This document shows positions 10,226 to 20,343 of a stretch of DNA of 64,000 nt, piece by piece. The position numbers and the translations under genes were made by a program. The stretch is from an uncultured Aquimarina sp. (lineage in GTDB: Bacteria; Bacteroidota; Bacteroidia; Flavobacteriales; Flavobacteriaceae): the NCBI GenBank assembly GCA_947498935.1, contig CANMMM010000006.1:128060-192059 (forward strand). Reading direction: 5' to 3'. Within the stretch, counting starts at the first letter, position 1. The number at the start of each line of letters is the position of its first letter. The notes under the pieces are model-generated. The model saw nothing but the letters and a program-made list of their open reading frames with translations, had not been told where the DNA came from and searched no databases.

Positions 10226-10384
10226 GAAAGTGATGTATCCTTTTTTGATTTCAGCAATATTATAGAGATGATTGTGATCAATGCAGTGAGTTCATTAAAT
10301 AGTAGCGTTACGAAACTCAAAAATTATAAGATTTAAGAGCAAAAGATCATTTTATAGCAAATCGAAAAAAGTTTAAATGACTTC
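10226..10384. repeat. MITE-like repeat, complete diverged copy
   Basis: gaaagtgatgtatccttttttgatttcagc...agtagcgttacgaaactcaaaaatt...caaatcgaaaaaagtttaaatgacttc. Confidence 0.8.
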
Positions 10385-10485
10385 ATGGCATAGATTCAAT
10401 TTTTAGTGTAGAAATGCTAGTTTTTATGTGAAAAAACTAGCGTTTTTTTAAGATTAAAAATTACATTTGCCTAAAATTATTATTG

Positions 10486-11556
10486 ATGGCAGGAAATACG
10501 TTTGGAAACCTTTTTAAGGTAACTACTTTTGGAGAATCACATGGAGTAGCTATTGGAGGTGTTATTGATGGATGCCCAGCTGGGGTAGCTATAGATTTAG
10601 AGGCGATACAAGCAGAATTAGATCGTCGTAAACCAGGGCAATCTGCTATAGTTACACAACGCAAGGAACCAGATACAGTAGCTTTTTATTCAGGTATTTT
10701 TGAAGGGGTGACTACGGGGACTCCGATTGGTTTTGTAATTAAAAATGCAAATCAAAAGTCGAAAGACTATTCACATATAAAGGATTCATACCGACCTTCG
10801 CATGCAGATTATACCTATGATCAGAAATACGGAATTAGAGATTACAGAGGCGGAGGACGTTCTTCTGCTAGAGAAACTGCCAGTAGAGTAGTGGCTGGTG
10901 CTATCGCTAAACAAGTATTAGATTCATTAGGAATTACATTCAATGCCTATGTTAGTGGTGTAGGTACTATACAATTAGGAGTGCCTCATACAGCATTAGA
11001 CCTGTCCCTTACAGAAAGTAATATTGTACGTTGTCCAGATCCAGCAAAAGCTGCTGAAATGGAGCAATATATAAAACAGATTCGTAAAGAAGGAGATACA
11101 GTAGGAGGGATTGTAAGTTGTGTAATCAGTGGAGTACCCGTTGGGCTTGGAGAACCAGTTTTCGATAAACTACACGCAGAATTAGGAAAAGCAATGCTAT
11201 CGATCAATGCTGTTAAAGGATTTGAATACGGTAGTGGTTTTGAAGGAGCTGCCCTTAAAGGAAGCGAGCATAATGATCTGTTTAACACAGACGGAACTAC
11301 TAAAACCAATTTATCCGGAGGTATCCAAGGAGGAATCTCTAATGGGATGGATATATATTTTAAGGTGGCTTTTAAACCTGTAGCTACGATCATGCAGGAT
11401 CAAGATACCATTGACAAAGAAGGAAATATCGTTACGATGCAAGGAAAAGGAAGACATGATCCATGTGTAGTACCAAGAGCAGTTCCTATTGTCGAAGCTA
11501 TGGCCGCACTAGTTATTGCAGATTATTGGTTATTGAATCGCACTATCAAAAAGTAA
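10486..11556 (+). CDS. aroC: Chorismate synthase
   Basis: [20 protein letters not shown]...[11 protein letters not shown]...[13 protein letters not shown]. The ATG at 10486 is preferred over the in-frame TTG at 10483 used by the ORF track. Confidence 0.95.
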   Translation: MAGNTFGNLFKVTTFGESHGVAIGGVIDGCPAGVAIDLEAIQAELDRRKPGQSAIVTQRKEPDTVAFYSGIFEGVTTGTPIGFVIKNANQKSKDYSHIKDSYRPSHADYTYDQKYGIRDYRGGGRSSARETASRVVAGAIAKQVLDSLGITFNAYVSGVGTIQLGVPHTALDLSLTESNIVRCPDPAKAAEMEQYIKQIRKEGDTVGGIVSCVISGVPVGLGEPVFDKLHAELGKAMLSINAVKGFEYGSGFEGAALKGSEHNDLFNTDGTTKTNLSGGIQGGISNGMDIYFKVAFKPVATIMQDQDTIDKEGNIVTMQGKGRHDPCVVPRAVPIVEAMAALVIADYWLLNRTIKK

Positions 11557-11585
11557 ATTTTATAGCCATATCATACGTTAATATT

Positions 11586-11617
11586 ACGGTAATCTTAGTA
11601 AGATTGCCGTTTTTTTG
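11586..11617 (+). terminator. Rho-independent terminator after aroC
   Basis: Stem acggtaatctt / aagattgccgt (one G-U pair) followed by a T7 run. Confidence 0.7.
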
Positions 11618-11654
11618 TATTTAATTTATATCTTCGGCGGTTTGCGTTCTACAA

Positions 11655-11697
11655 TAGAATACTATTCTAAGTAGTATTCAGTACGTTGAGTATTCTA
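11655..11697. promoter_or_regulatory. Candidate operator: palindrome tagaatactattcta plus two further AGTATTC half-sites upstream of the DAACS transporter gene
   Basis: Read directly: tagaatactattcta (11655-11669), gtattc (11674-11679), gtattc (11690-11695). Confidence 0.3.
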
Positions 11698-11777
11698 ATA
11701 GGAGAGCAAACAAAAGACGTTTCATAACTAATCATACAAAGAGGAAGCTTTTTCCTTAAAAAACTTAGCAACTTTTC

Positions 11778-13100
11778 ATGAAGAAATTAGCATTGCACTG
11801 GCAGATTTTAATCGGAATGGTAGTAGGTGTACTATTCGGTTTTTTGATGACTCAATTTACGTGGGGTAAGGTATTTGTAGGCAATTGGATCAAACCTTTA
11901 GGAACTATTTTTGTCAATCTCCTAAAATTGATAGCAGTTCCACTAATTCTAGCATCGCTCATCAAAGGAATTTCTGATTTAAAAGATATTTCTAAATTCA
12001 AACGAATAGGAGGGAGAACTATCATTATTTATATCCTTACTACCGTCGTAGCGATCACCATTGGTTTGGTATTAGTTAATATATTGAAACCGGGGGATGG
12101 AATTACGACGACTACGATAGAGAAATTGACCACTGCATATGCGGGTAACTCTAAAATTTCTGAACGTATTGCCGAAGCAGGCCGACAGCAACAAAGTGGG
12201 CCGTTACAATTTGTAATAGATATGGTGCCGCAGAATGCTGTAGCGGCAATGAGTAATAATAAGCTGATGTTACAAGTTATTTTCTTCGCTATTTTTCTAG
12301 GAATAAGTATGCTGTTGATCAAAGAAAAACAAGCAGCTCCCTTAAAACAATTTTTTGATAGCTTAAATGAAGTGGTACTTAAAATGGTAGATTTGATTAT
12401 GCTATCAGCACCTTATGCAGTTTTTGCCTTATTAGCTAATGTAGTAGTCACCTCTGATGATCCTGATATTTTAATAGCCTTGCTGCGATATGCAGGAGTG
12501 GTATTTGTGGGGCTAGCTCTAATGATTGCAGTATATTGTATATTGGTCATGCTTATCACCAAAAAATCACCAATTTGGTTTTTAAAACAGATCAGCCCCG
12601 CACAATTATTGGCTTTTTCTACCAGTTCTAGTGCAGCCACATTACCTGTTACGATGGAGCGTGTAGAAGAACACATCGGGGTGGATAAAGAAGTATCTAG
12701 TTTTGTACTGCCAGTAGGAGCTACGATTAATATGGATGGTACGAGTCTGTATCAAGCTGTAGCTTCTGTATTTATTATGCAAGTATTATGGCCAGAAGGG
12801 CTTACATTCAGTAATCAGATTACGATTGTAGTAACGGCATTATTAGCCTCTATAGGCTCCGCTGCTGTACCTGGTGCAGGAATGGTAATGCTCGTAATCG
12901 TATTAGAAGCTATCGGTTTTCCCTCAGATAAATTACCCATTGGTTTAGCCCTCATTTTTGCAGTAGATAGACCTTTAGATATGTTGCGTACTACTGTAAA
13001 TGTTACAGGAGATGCCACAGTGTCTATGTTGGTCGCTAAATCTGTAGGTAAATTAGGAACTCCAAAAGTAAAGGAGTGGGATGACCATTATAAACAATAG
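11778..13100 (+). CDS. Dicarboxylate/amino acid:cation symporter (DAACS, GltP-like)
   Basis: 440 aa, multi-pass. Motifs SSSAATLPVTM, GATINMDGTSLYQ and DRPLDMLRTTVNVTGD are typical of the SDF/DAACS family. Confidence 0.85.
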   Translation: MKKLALHWQILIGMVVGVLFGFLMTQFTWGKVFVGNWIKPLGTIFVNLLKLIAVPLILASLIKGISDLKDISKFKRIGGRTIIIYILTTVVAITIGLVLVNILKPGDGITTTTIEKLTTAYAGNSKISERIAEAGRQQQSGPLQFVIDMVPQNAVAAMSNNKLMLQVIFFAIFLGISMLLIKEKQAAPLKQFFDSLNEVVLKMVDLIMLSAPYAVFALLANVVVTSDDPDILIALLRYAGVVFVGLALMIAVYCILVMLITKKSPIWFLKQISPAQLLAFSTSSSAATLPVTMERVEEHIGVDKEVSSFVLPVGATINMDGTSLYQAVASVFIMQVLWPEGLTFSNQITIVVTALLASIGSAAVPGAGMVMLVIVLEAIGFPSDKLPIGLALIFAVDRPLDMLRTTVNVTGDATVSMLVAKSVGKLGTPKVKEWDDHYKQ

Positions 13101-13221
13101 CGAGCATCCATCTTAATAAATTGCTCATTAATATAATACACGCCGTTTATAGTGCGTGTATCCTCCTTAATAAAAAGTAACTAATAGGTACAATCAAGTA
13201 CTAAAAAAGATTCGGTAGCTT

Positions 13222-14673
13222 ATGGATACAAAGCACCAACCACATGCTGCTATGCATGCAGTATACGATACAGAAAGTTTTAGAACAATAGGTCAGGAAC
13301 TCATTGAGTTACTAGCTGATCATTTGGATGCGGTACAGCAGCAAGCCAAGCCTGTACTTTCGTATCGAAGCCCAGAAGAAGAACTTGCATTTTGGAAAGA
13401 AGATTTTAAAACAGAGGCTTCTACAGAGATGCTTTCTTTTTTTCGTACAATACTAGCACGCTCTATCTCTGTGCACCACCCACATTACATGGGGCATCAA
13501 GTATCTGTACCTGCACTCATAGGTAGTTTATCGGGTCTCGTATCAGATGTTCTGAGTAATGGTACAGCTGTTTACGAAATGGGAATGGCTTCTAATGCGA
13601 TTGAAAAAGTAGTAACTGATTTTGTAAATAAACAATTAGGGTATGATACTACTAGTGGAGGGTTTCTAACCTCTGGTGGTACATTGGCTAATCTTACAGC
13701 ATTATTAGCAGCACGTAGTGCTAAAGCTCCTACGGCTGTATGGGAAAATGGACATACAGATCAATTAGCTGTACTGGTATCTGAAGAAGCACATTATTGT
13801 ATCGATCGAGCAGCTAGAATTATGGGATTAGGAACACAAGGGATTATAAAAATACCTGTAGATGATCAATTTCAGATGCAAACTAGCATGTTAGAATCTA
13901 AGTTAGAAGAAGCTAAACAACAAGGGCTGCATGTCATTGCACTTATTGGTTGTGCCTCTTCTACAGCTACAGGTGCGTATGATGATCTCACAGCATTAGC
14001 AGCCTTTGCGAAGCAGCATAATATATGGTTGCATGTAGACGGTGCACATGGAGGGGGAGTTATTTTCTCAGAAAAATATGCGCATTTGGCTCAAGGAATT
14101 GAGCAAGCAGACTCTGTAGTCATTGATTTTCATAAAATGCTGCTCACCCCTGCATTAACCACTGCTTTAGTATTTAAAAATCATAAAAACGCCTATGCTA
14201 CCTTCCAGCAAAAGGCACAATATCTCTGGAATGCGCAAGAATCTACAGAATGGTACAACTCTGGTAAACGTACATTCGAATGCACCAAACTGATGATGGG
14301 GATGAAGGTATATAGCATTCTAAAAATGCATGGCAAAGAAGTTTTTGGCAAAAATGTAACATACTTATATGATATTGCCAAAACGTTTGCTACTCAATTA
14401 CAAGACCATCCAGATTTTGAATTATTGACTTTTCCACAAGCCAATATTGTTAATTTTAGATTCATCAATTGCGATTCCACAAAAATAGATTATATCAATG
14501 ATCTGATACATGAACATATCATTGCAGAAGGACAATTCTATATCGTACAAACCACCGTACAATCCAAACGATTTTTAAGAGTAGCGATTATGAATCCTTT
14601 GACTAAAGCAGCTGATTTTACTACATTATTAGCACATATTATAACGATATATAAAACCTCAATACAGGCGTAA
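13222..14673 (+). CDS. PLP-dependent group II amino-acid decarboxylase
   Basis: 483 aa. SGGTLANLTALLAAR, HVDGAHGG, and DFHKML as the PLP-lysine motif. Confidence 0.8.
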   Translation: MDTKHQPHAAMHAVYDTESFRTIGQELIELLADHLDAVQQQAKPVLSYRSPEEELAFWKEDFKTEASTEMLSFFRTILARSISVHHPHYMGHQVSVPALIGSLSGLVSDVLSNGTAVYEMGMASNAIEKVVTDFVNKQLGYDTTSGGFLTSGGTLANLTALLAARSAKAPTAVWENGHTDQLAVLVSEEAHYCIDRAARIMGLGTQGIIKIPVDDQFQMQTSMLESKLEEAKQQGLHVIALIGCASSTATGAYDDLTALAAFAKQHNIWLHVDGAHGGGVIFSEKYAHLAQGIEQADSVVIDFHKMLLTPALTTALVFKNHKNAYATFQQKAQYLWNAQESTEWYNSGKRTFECTKLMMGMKVYSILKMHGKEVFGKNVTYLYDIAKTFATQLQDHPDFELLTFPQANIVNFRFINCDSTKIDYINDLIHEHIIAEGQFYIVQTTVQSKRFLRVAIMNPLTKAADFTTLLAHIITIYKTSIQA

Positions 14674-14980
14674 AAATCATATAAGACCAATGTTTAGGCA
14701 ATTTGTGACACCTATATATATATAGACATTTATCTATTATCATTTGATTATCAGAATGTTATTTTTTGATATACACAAACGGAGTTTACAGTTCACAAGG
14801 ATTGTATGATTTTGTGTAACTATTTATAAATCATTTATTTATAGTCGATATGTATTGTGTCGTGATGACTGCATAAAATAGGGGGAAAACCCCTATTTGA
14901 TTTCTAGTGAAACTCCCTTTAATTTGTATCATAAATATAAATACCTTTGAATCAAACACTAACACTTAAACACACACGTC

Positions 14981-15160
14981 ATGAAACGGCTTTTTCTACC
15001 CTTAGCGTTGATGGCATTTGCAGTCATATGCTTATGCATCGTACACATAGATAATGTAAATAAATTAGATGAAGAGTTTAATCAGCTCAGAGAAAAACAT
15101 CAAGTAGAACATCATCAGAAAGAAATCAAAACAACGAAAACTAGGTTAACAAACAATTAG
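14981..15160 (+). CDS. Small (59 aa) membrane-anchored protein, paralogue 1
   Basis: Own translation: MKRLFLPLALMAFAVICLCIVHIDNVNKLDEEFNQLREKHQVEHHQKEIKTTKTRLTNN. It is below the ORF-track cutoff and clearly similar to the product of 15801-15953. Confidence 0.45.
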   Translation: MKRLFLPLALMAFAVICLCIVHIDNVNKLDEEFNQLREKHQVEHHQKEIKTTKTRLTNN

Positions 15161-15495
15161 AAATAAATTCAATTACAATTTTATACTATTATTACGATAC
15201 AACAACCACATTTCCTGTAACAATAGTATGTAGCATCGTATAGATACAACCATACCCTTTTTTAAACATTTGCAGGCACAACTAACCAATAAATAAGCAA
15301 ATGAATTTGTATCAAAGTTGTACAGTGCTATCGTTAGATGCTTTTAGTTTAGGCGCTATTTATACATGTATCTAACGTAACTGTACGCTTGATAAAAAGA
15401 AGGGTGTTGATTCTTACGATCACCTATACAAAATGAAGAACATAAACTCATGTACCTATTCCTGAAAGGTAATTGGCACTTATTTCTAAGCAAAG

Positions 15496-15531
15496 AAACC
15501 CTTTGATATAGTTAGTATCAGAGGGTTTTTT
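15496..15531 (+). terminator. Rho-independent terminator inside the long 14.7-15.8 kb spacer
   Basis: Stem ccctttgata / tatcagaggg (one G-U pair), loop tagttag, then a T6 run. Confidence 0.6.
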
Positions 15532-15800
15532 GTACGAAAAACTAAAGAAAACACCATTCCTTAAGTGACTCTAGGATCAATATTTAACATTAATTATACT
15601 TTTCTTTTTCTTGTAAGATAGAGTATTATGTGATTAATTAACTTTTCTGTAACAGTTGTAAGTAACGAATTCTAGTTATATCATTACGAATTCTAGAACA
15701 GAGGTAAATAAAGTACCATCTTATGTTAATTTTAGGATATAATTAACGGTTGTCGTTTAATTATTACACACACATTACAAACCCCCAAAATAAAAATAAC

Positions 15801-15953
15801 ATGAAACAATTTTTACTTCCTATTGCATTATTAAGTTTTGCGATTTCTTGCCTAATGTACGTACATATGGATAATATGGAGTTAATTGACCAGAAAGTAA
15901 CGGAATTAGAGCATGAGCAAATAAAAATGGATACTTTTTTAAGAGCATCCTAA
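15801..15953 (+). CDS. Small (50 aa) membrane-anchored protein, paralogue 2
   Basis: From the internal ATG of the 15750 ORF: MKQFLLPIALLSFAISCLMYVHMDNMELIDQKVTELEHEQIKMDTFLRAS. It aligns with paralogue 1 along its whole length. Confidence 0.45.
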   Translation: MKQFLLPIALLSFAISCLMYVHMDNMELIDQKVTELEHEQIKMDTFLRAS

Positions 15954-15968
15954 ATAGGACTTAAGAAT

Positions 15969-16391
15969 TTAAGGTTGGTCAATAAAAAGCGCTTTCAATT
16001 CAGGCGTTGGAATTGTACAGCTGCTTTTTTTGCCAAACCATTTATATCTATTTCTAGACACAACATCATATATATAATCTCTGACTGTTTTAGGTATCAG
16101 TAGAAATACTGATAAGAAGGGATATCCACCAGACAGCTGTTTTGCAATTTGTAAAGCAGCTGTCGATTTATGGTAATAAGTCGTAGTAGTTTCTGGTAGA
16201 ATTAATAGAATCGTATCCAATTTAGTGGCATCTATAGCACGTGCAGCAGCCAATTGTTGCCCAATCTCACTCTGTAACGAAGCGTAGCGAAATACATCTT
16301 TATGATCATGCTTAATAATAAAATTAACAGCATCATTACATAAATTGCAGACCCCATCAAATAATACTACTTTTTTGCCTTCTAACTCCAT
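15969..16391 (-). CDS. DCC-family thiol-disulfide oxidoreductase (DUF393)
   Basis: N-terminal FDGVCNLCNDAVNFIIKHD matches the DxxCxxC DCC signature. 140 aa. Confidence 0.8.
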   Translation of the reverse strand: MELEGKKVVLFDGVCNLCNDAVNFIIKHDHKDVFRYASLQSEIGQQLAAARAIDATKLDTILLILPETTTTYYHKSTAALQIAKQLSGGYPFLSVFLLIPKTVRDYIYDVVSRNRYKWFGKKSSCTIPTPELKALFIDQP

Positions 16392-16461
16392 AGTACAAAT
16401 ATACGTAGCTTCGTATTGCTGTAAGCATACTTTTCTTTTTCTTAACTTCTGTACCCCCTTT

Positions 16462-17277
16462 TTACTTTACAATCACAGAATCAATTACCTCTCTGGTCGT
16501 AATCTGTAAATTAGCAGGGAGTAAGTTATCCTTAGGCAATACAGCGAGGTAGCGGTCATTATTAGAATCAAAAACCTGCTTAAAAACAGGCCTCGATAAT
16601 TGCAATATATCACAGATCTCTGTAATCAGATCTAAGTGATAAATCAAGTCTTTGCTTCCTAAGTGAAAAATCCCTTTTTTATTTCGATTAATAATATAGT
16701 GGAGCTGTTGTGTTAATTTAGCAATAGAAGTTGCATTAATAATCACATTCGGAAATACCTCTATACCCACATTTAGATCATACAATGTTTTAATCTCTTG
16801 TACCCTAGGAGTAGTAGCACCAAATACCATCGGTACTCTAGCAATCACATACTTATGGGTAGGTAGTCGCATTAATGCATTCTCAATCTTAATTTTTAGT
16901 TTTCCATACGTGCTCTCACTCAATGTTTTATCGTATTCATACGATGGATAATTACTAAAAGAGTCAAACACATTGGCGCTGGACATAAATACCAGTTTAC
17001 ACCGATGTGTTTTGATCCATTGAATCATTCGATAATGCGCATCTAATTGCGCATTAAAATTACCTCGCAGAGCAGCAATAATCACCGTAGGTTTTAACGC
17101 ATCGAGCAAGATCGAAATATCTTCCAGTTCCATATCATACTGAAAAAACTTTTGATTCTGTTCAAAAAAAGCATTATCCCTTCTATAGGTACCATATGTA
17201 TCGAAATAAGAATTAAGTTCTTTATACAATGCATTACCTATAAAACCACTAGCACCTATGATGAGAATTTTTTTCAA
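16462..17277 (-). CDS. NAD(P)-dependent SDR-family epimerase/reductase
   Basis: MKKILIIGASGFIGNALYKEL Rossmann motif. 271 aa. The start codon read on the minus strand is TTG. Confidence 0.65.
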   Translation of the reverse strand: MKKILIIGASGFIGNALYKELNSYFDTYGTYRRDNAFFEQNQKFFQYDMELEDISILLDALKPTVIIAALRGNFNAQLDAHYRMIQWIKTHRCKLVFMSSANVFDSFSNYPSYEYDKTLSESTYGKLKIKIENALMRLPTHKYVIARVPMVFGATTPRVQEIKTLYDLNVGIEVFPNVIINATSIAKLTQQLHYIINRNKKGIFHLGSKDLIYHLDLITEICDILQLSRPVFKQVFDSNNDRYLAVLPKDNLLPANLQITTREVIDSVIVK

Positions 17278-17320
17278 ATAAAAACCAGTATGAAAATATA
17301 TTGTTAGTTCCTATGTTTAT

Positions 17321-17481
17321 CAAGCTGTTTACACTTTTTTCAATTTGCTATAAAAACGATATTTTGCACTCAAATTTTGCAATTTTTAGATTCTGTAGCA
17401 CAGCGATGCAACAACAAAAAAATGCTTTTAGTCACAAAATCTTCGATTCTAGCTGAAATCAAAAAAGTGTAAGCTACTTAC
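17321..17481. repeat. MITE-like repeat, complete copy
   Basis: caagctgtttacacttttttcaatttgctataaaaacgatattttgcactcaaattttgcaatttttag...gctgaaatcaaaaaagtgtaagctacttac. Confidence 0.85.
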
Positions 17482-17483
17482 TT

Positions 17484-18563
17484 TTATTTATAAAATGGCA
17501 GTTTCACTACAGAAGCAGGAATAGCTTTCTTACGTACCCGTATCTTTATAGCAGTTCCCGCACTCGCCAAGGCCGTAGGTACATAACCAAGACCAATTCC
17601 TTTTCCTAATGACGGCGACATCGTACCCGAAGTGACAACACCTATTGGCTGTTCACCTGCATCTAAGATGTCATACCCCTGTCTAGGAATGCCACGCTCA
17701 TTGAGTTCAAAAGCCACTAACTTACGCGTAGGCCCTTCTTTTTTCTGTAATGCCAATGCCTCTGCATTAACAAAATCTTTAGAGAATTTAGTTATCCATC
17801 CCAATCCTGCTTCGATAGGCGAGGTCGTATCATCAATATCATTACCATATAAGCAGTATCCCATTTCTAAGCGTAATGTATCCCTAGCAGCAAGCCCGAT
17901 AGGTTGTATTCCATAATCAGCTCCAGCAGCCAGTACACGCTCCCAAACCTGTGCCACCTCTTCATTCTTGCAATAAATTTCGAATCCTCCGCTACCCGTA
18001 TAACCAGTAGCAGAAATAATCACATGTTCGATTCCAGCAAAATCAGCAACCTCAAAACTATAAAAAGGAATATCAGCAAGTGCCACAGATGTCAGAGACT
18101 GCATCGCCATCACAGCCTTAGGCCCTTGAATAGCTAATAAAGAATAGGCTTCTGATAGGTCACGCATCGTAGCTCCCATCGTATTATGGCGCTCGATCCA
18201 CTCCCAATCCTTTTGGATATTAGAAGCATTTACTACTAATAAATATTTTTCTGCTTCGATTCTATATACAATCAGATCATCTACAATACCACCATCTGCA
18301 TTCGGCATACAACTATACTGTGCTTTACCATCCACTAACTTAGCAGCATCATTAGAAGTCACTTTTTGTATCAGTTCCAAGGCATTTGGTCCTGTAATCA
18401 AGAACTCTCCCATATGTGATACATCGAATACCCCTACGCCATTGCGTACAGTCTCGTGTTCTACCGTTACTCCTTTATACGACACAGGCATATTATATCC
18501 TGCAAATGGTACCATTTTAGCCCCCAAAGCTATGTGTGCTGCTGTCAAAGCTGTATCCTTCAT
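17484..18563 (-). CDS. gcvT: Glycine cleavage system aminomethyltransferase T protein
   Basis: 359 aa. [21 protein letters not shown] and [18 protein letters not shown] are all canonical GcvT. Confidence 0.95.
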   Translation of the reverse strand: MKDTALTAAHIALGAKMVPFAGYNMPVSYKGVTVEHETVRNGVGVFDVSHMGEFLITGPNALELIQKVTSNDAAKLVDGKAQYSCMPNADGGIVDDLIVYRIEAEKYLLVVNASNIQKDWEWIERHNTMGATMRDLSEAYSLLAIQGPKAVMAMQSLTSVALADIPFYSFEVADFAGIEHVIISATGYTGSGGFEIYCKNEEVAQVWERVLAAGADYGIQPIGLAARDTLRLEMGYCLYGNDIDDTTSPIEAGLGWITKFSKDFVNAEALALQKKEGPTRKLVAFELNERGIPRQGYDILDAGEQPIGVVTSGTMSPSLGKGIGLGYVPTALASAGTAIKIRVRKKAIPASVVKLPFYK

Positions 18564-18809
18564 TGTCTTATAAAATCTTTACTTAAATTAGTATATACAT
18601 CATCCTGCTATCCATTATTGATTCCTATGCCTTAGTACACAGTATCAATAATCTTTAGTAAAACTGATGCCGAAAGTAAAAAACTTTGCGCTCCTATACA
18701 ATGCTTTTGTTTGATAAGTTATTAGTATCGATACCGAGATAAGACATCTTATTACATAAATCTTAAAAATCATAACATTTTGTTATAATATTCGTAGTGT
18801 TGTAGTGCT

Positions 18810-18899
18810 GGGCGTTCCCCAAGGGTCGGGCTATCCGCTGTATCTTTTTTGTTTTTTTAAAGGAAAACAAAAAAGGATGCCGCTCCTATCCCTAACGCA
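18810..18899 (+). repeat. REP-like element, subtype A (copy R3)
   Basis: gggcgttccccaagggtcgggctatccgctgtatcttttttg...caaaaaaggatgccgctcctatccctaacgca. It sits in a divergent intergenic region and is one of two copies not 3' of a co-oriented gene. Confidence 0.85.
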
Positions 18900-18978
18900 A
18901 GGAATATGTATACCTTACCTAATGTATTCATTGCATAAAAAATCTTTATAGATCTCAATTTATATTACTTTATATGTT

Positions 18979-19040
18979 GAAAGTGATGTAAACTTTTTCA
19001 ATTTGTTATAAAAACGTATTTTGCAGTCCGAATTCTATAC
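18979..19040. repeat. MITE-like repeat, half copy
   Basis: gaaagtgatgtaaactttttcaatttgttataaaaacgtattttgcagtccgaatt matches the left half of the 4274 copy. Confidence 0.75.
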
Positions 19041-19725
19041 TAGAGTACTATTGGCTACGACTTCTCAAAATATTTTTTTAACCAAAAAAGAAAAACTACG
19101 CTGTCAGAACTGCTCCAAACCCATTCCTTTGGGTAAATCTTTTGTAGCTGAAAGCGAGAAGCACAAAGGTGTTTGTTTTAATTGTTCGCCATTTGTAGGA
19201 TATGTCATGCTACCTGCTGGAGATGCAGCCATGACTCGTAGATCCAAAAAATATTCTACATTATGTGGTGTCGTGTGGGCGTGGAATCAACGAAGAAAAC
19301 GTTATGAACGCAAAGGACAACTCGTAGAACCTAGCGCTATCGAAAAAGCCAAAATCGAATGTGCCAAAGATCAAGAGGTGCGTGTGCAAAAAAATAAGAA
19401 AGCCGCCGTAGTACGTGCACAACAAGACCGACTCTATATAGCGGAATTTGCTAGACACGTTCGAATGAAATATCCTTATTGTCCAGAAAATAGAGAAATT
19501 ATCATAGCCCAACATGCTTGCCAGAAATATAGCGGTAGAGTGGGGCGTACCGCAGATGCCAAAGAATTTGATGCAAAAATGATCGACCTAGCCGTTATAG
19601 CCCATATCCGACATATAGAAACTAATTATGACAATGAATTCGGAAAAGGAAAACGCAAAAAAGAAATTCGTAGTAGTATTAGACCCGACATAGATCAAAT
19701 CCTTAAAAAATGGAAAGGTCTGTAA
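19021..19725 (+). CDS. DUF2293-like protein with an N-terminal CxxC...CxxC zinc ribbon; start codon uncertain
   Basis: CQNCSKPI...CFNCSPF, then GDAAMTRRSKKYS and AVIAHIRHIETNYD. There is no ATG upstream of the zinc ribbon. The only in-frame candidates are TTG at 19021 (inside the MITE half copy) and TTG at 19051. Confidence 0.6.
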   Translation: MQSEFYTRVLLATTSQNIFLTKKEKLRCQNCSKPIPLGKSFVAESEKHKGVCFNCSPFVGYVMLPAGDAAMTRRSKKYSTLCGVVWAWNQRRKRYERKGQLVEPSAIEKAKIECAKDQEVRVQKNKKAAVVRAQQDRLYIAEFARHVRMKYPYCPENREIIIAQHACQKYSGRVGRTADAKEFDAKMIDLAVIAHIRHIETNYDNEFGKGKRKKEIRSSIRPDIDQILKKWKGL

Positions 19726-19791
19726 CTAAACCTAATAAAGATTTATTGCGCCTTTTTGCAGATAAAACGTCTCTATATACCACCTATAGCC

Positions 19792-19953
19792 ATGCCCAAA
19801 AAAGGAAAACAAAAAAATACTGAAAACAAGGCCAAACATGCTAAACTAATGCATCGCAAGAAAAACAAATTGCGAAAAGATAAGGAAGCACGTGCAGCTA
19901 GGCTCAAAGAACTCGTACATCGAATCAATACACAACAAGATGCAAATACCTAA
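19792..19953 (+). CDS. Small lysine-rich basic protein (hypothetical)
   Basis: ATG at 19792: MPKKGKQKNTENKAKHAKLMHRKKNKLRKDKEARAARLKEL... Low complexity. It overlaps the next gene start by 14 nt. Confidence 0.3.
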   Translation: MPKKGKQKNTENKAKHAKLMHRKKNKLRKDKEARAARLKELVHRINTQQDANT

Positions 19954-20338
19954 GAATTGTCCCTGTGGTTATCCCAAAGCTTATGCAGATTGCTGTGGTC
20001 GTATCCATTCAGATATTACAGCAGCGCATACAGCCGAGCAATTAATGCGGTCGCGCTACAGTGCCTTCGTATTGGCTAAAGGCGCTTATTTACAGAAAAG
20101 TCATCATGCTACTACCAGACCTACTCACCAAGAAAACAAAGCACTACTCAAATGGACTAAAAGTGTACAGTGGCTACGACTCCAAGTACTTAATGCGACC
20201 AAAGGAATGCAACAGGATCAAGAAGGTACTGTAGAGTTTAAAGCTTTCTATTATGAAAATGGTACACTAGAAATGATTCATGAACGATCTTCCTTTGTTA
20301 AACAACATGGTCATTGGGTATATCTAGATGCCCAGTAA
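19940..20338 (+). CDS. YchJ/UPF0225-family SEC-C-motif protein
   Basis: From the ATG at 19940: MQIPKNCPCGYPKAYADCCGRIH...LMRSRYSAF. Confidence 0.75.
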   Translation: MQIPKNCPCGYPKAYADCCGRIHSDITAAHTAEQLMRSRYSAFVLAKGAYLQKSHHATTRPTHQENKALLKWTKSVQWLRLQVLNATKGMQQDQEGTVEFKAFYYENGTLEMIHERSSFVKQHGHWVYLDAQ

Positions 20339-20343
20339 TTTAC

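Noticed and set aside
18564-18809. Glycine riboswitch upstream of gcvT.
   Set aside because: Reading the minus strand of the leader shows none of the conserved glycine-aptamer core sequences. The region is AT-rich and unstructured.
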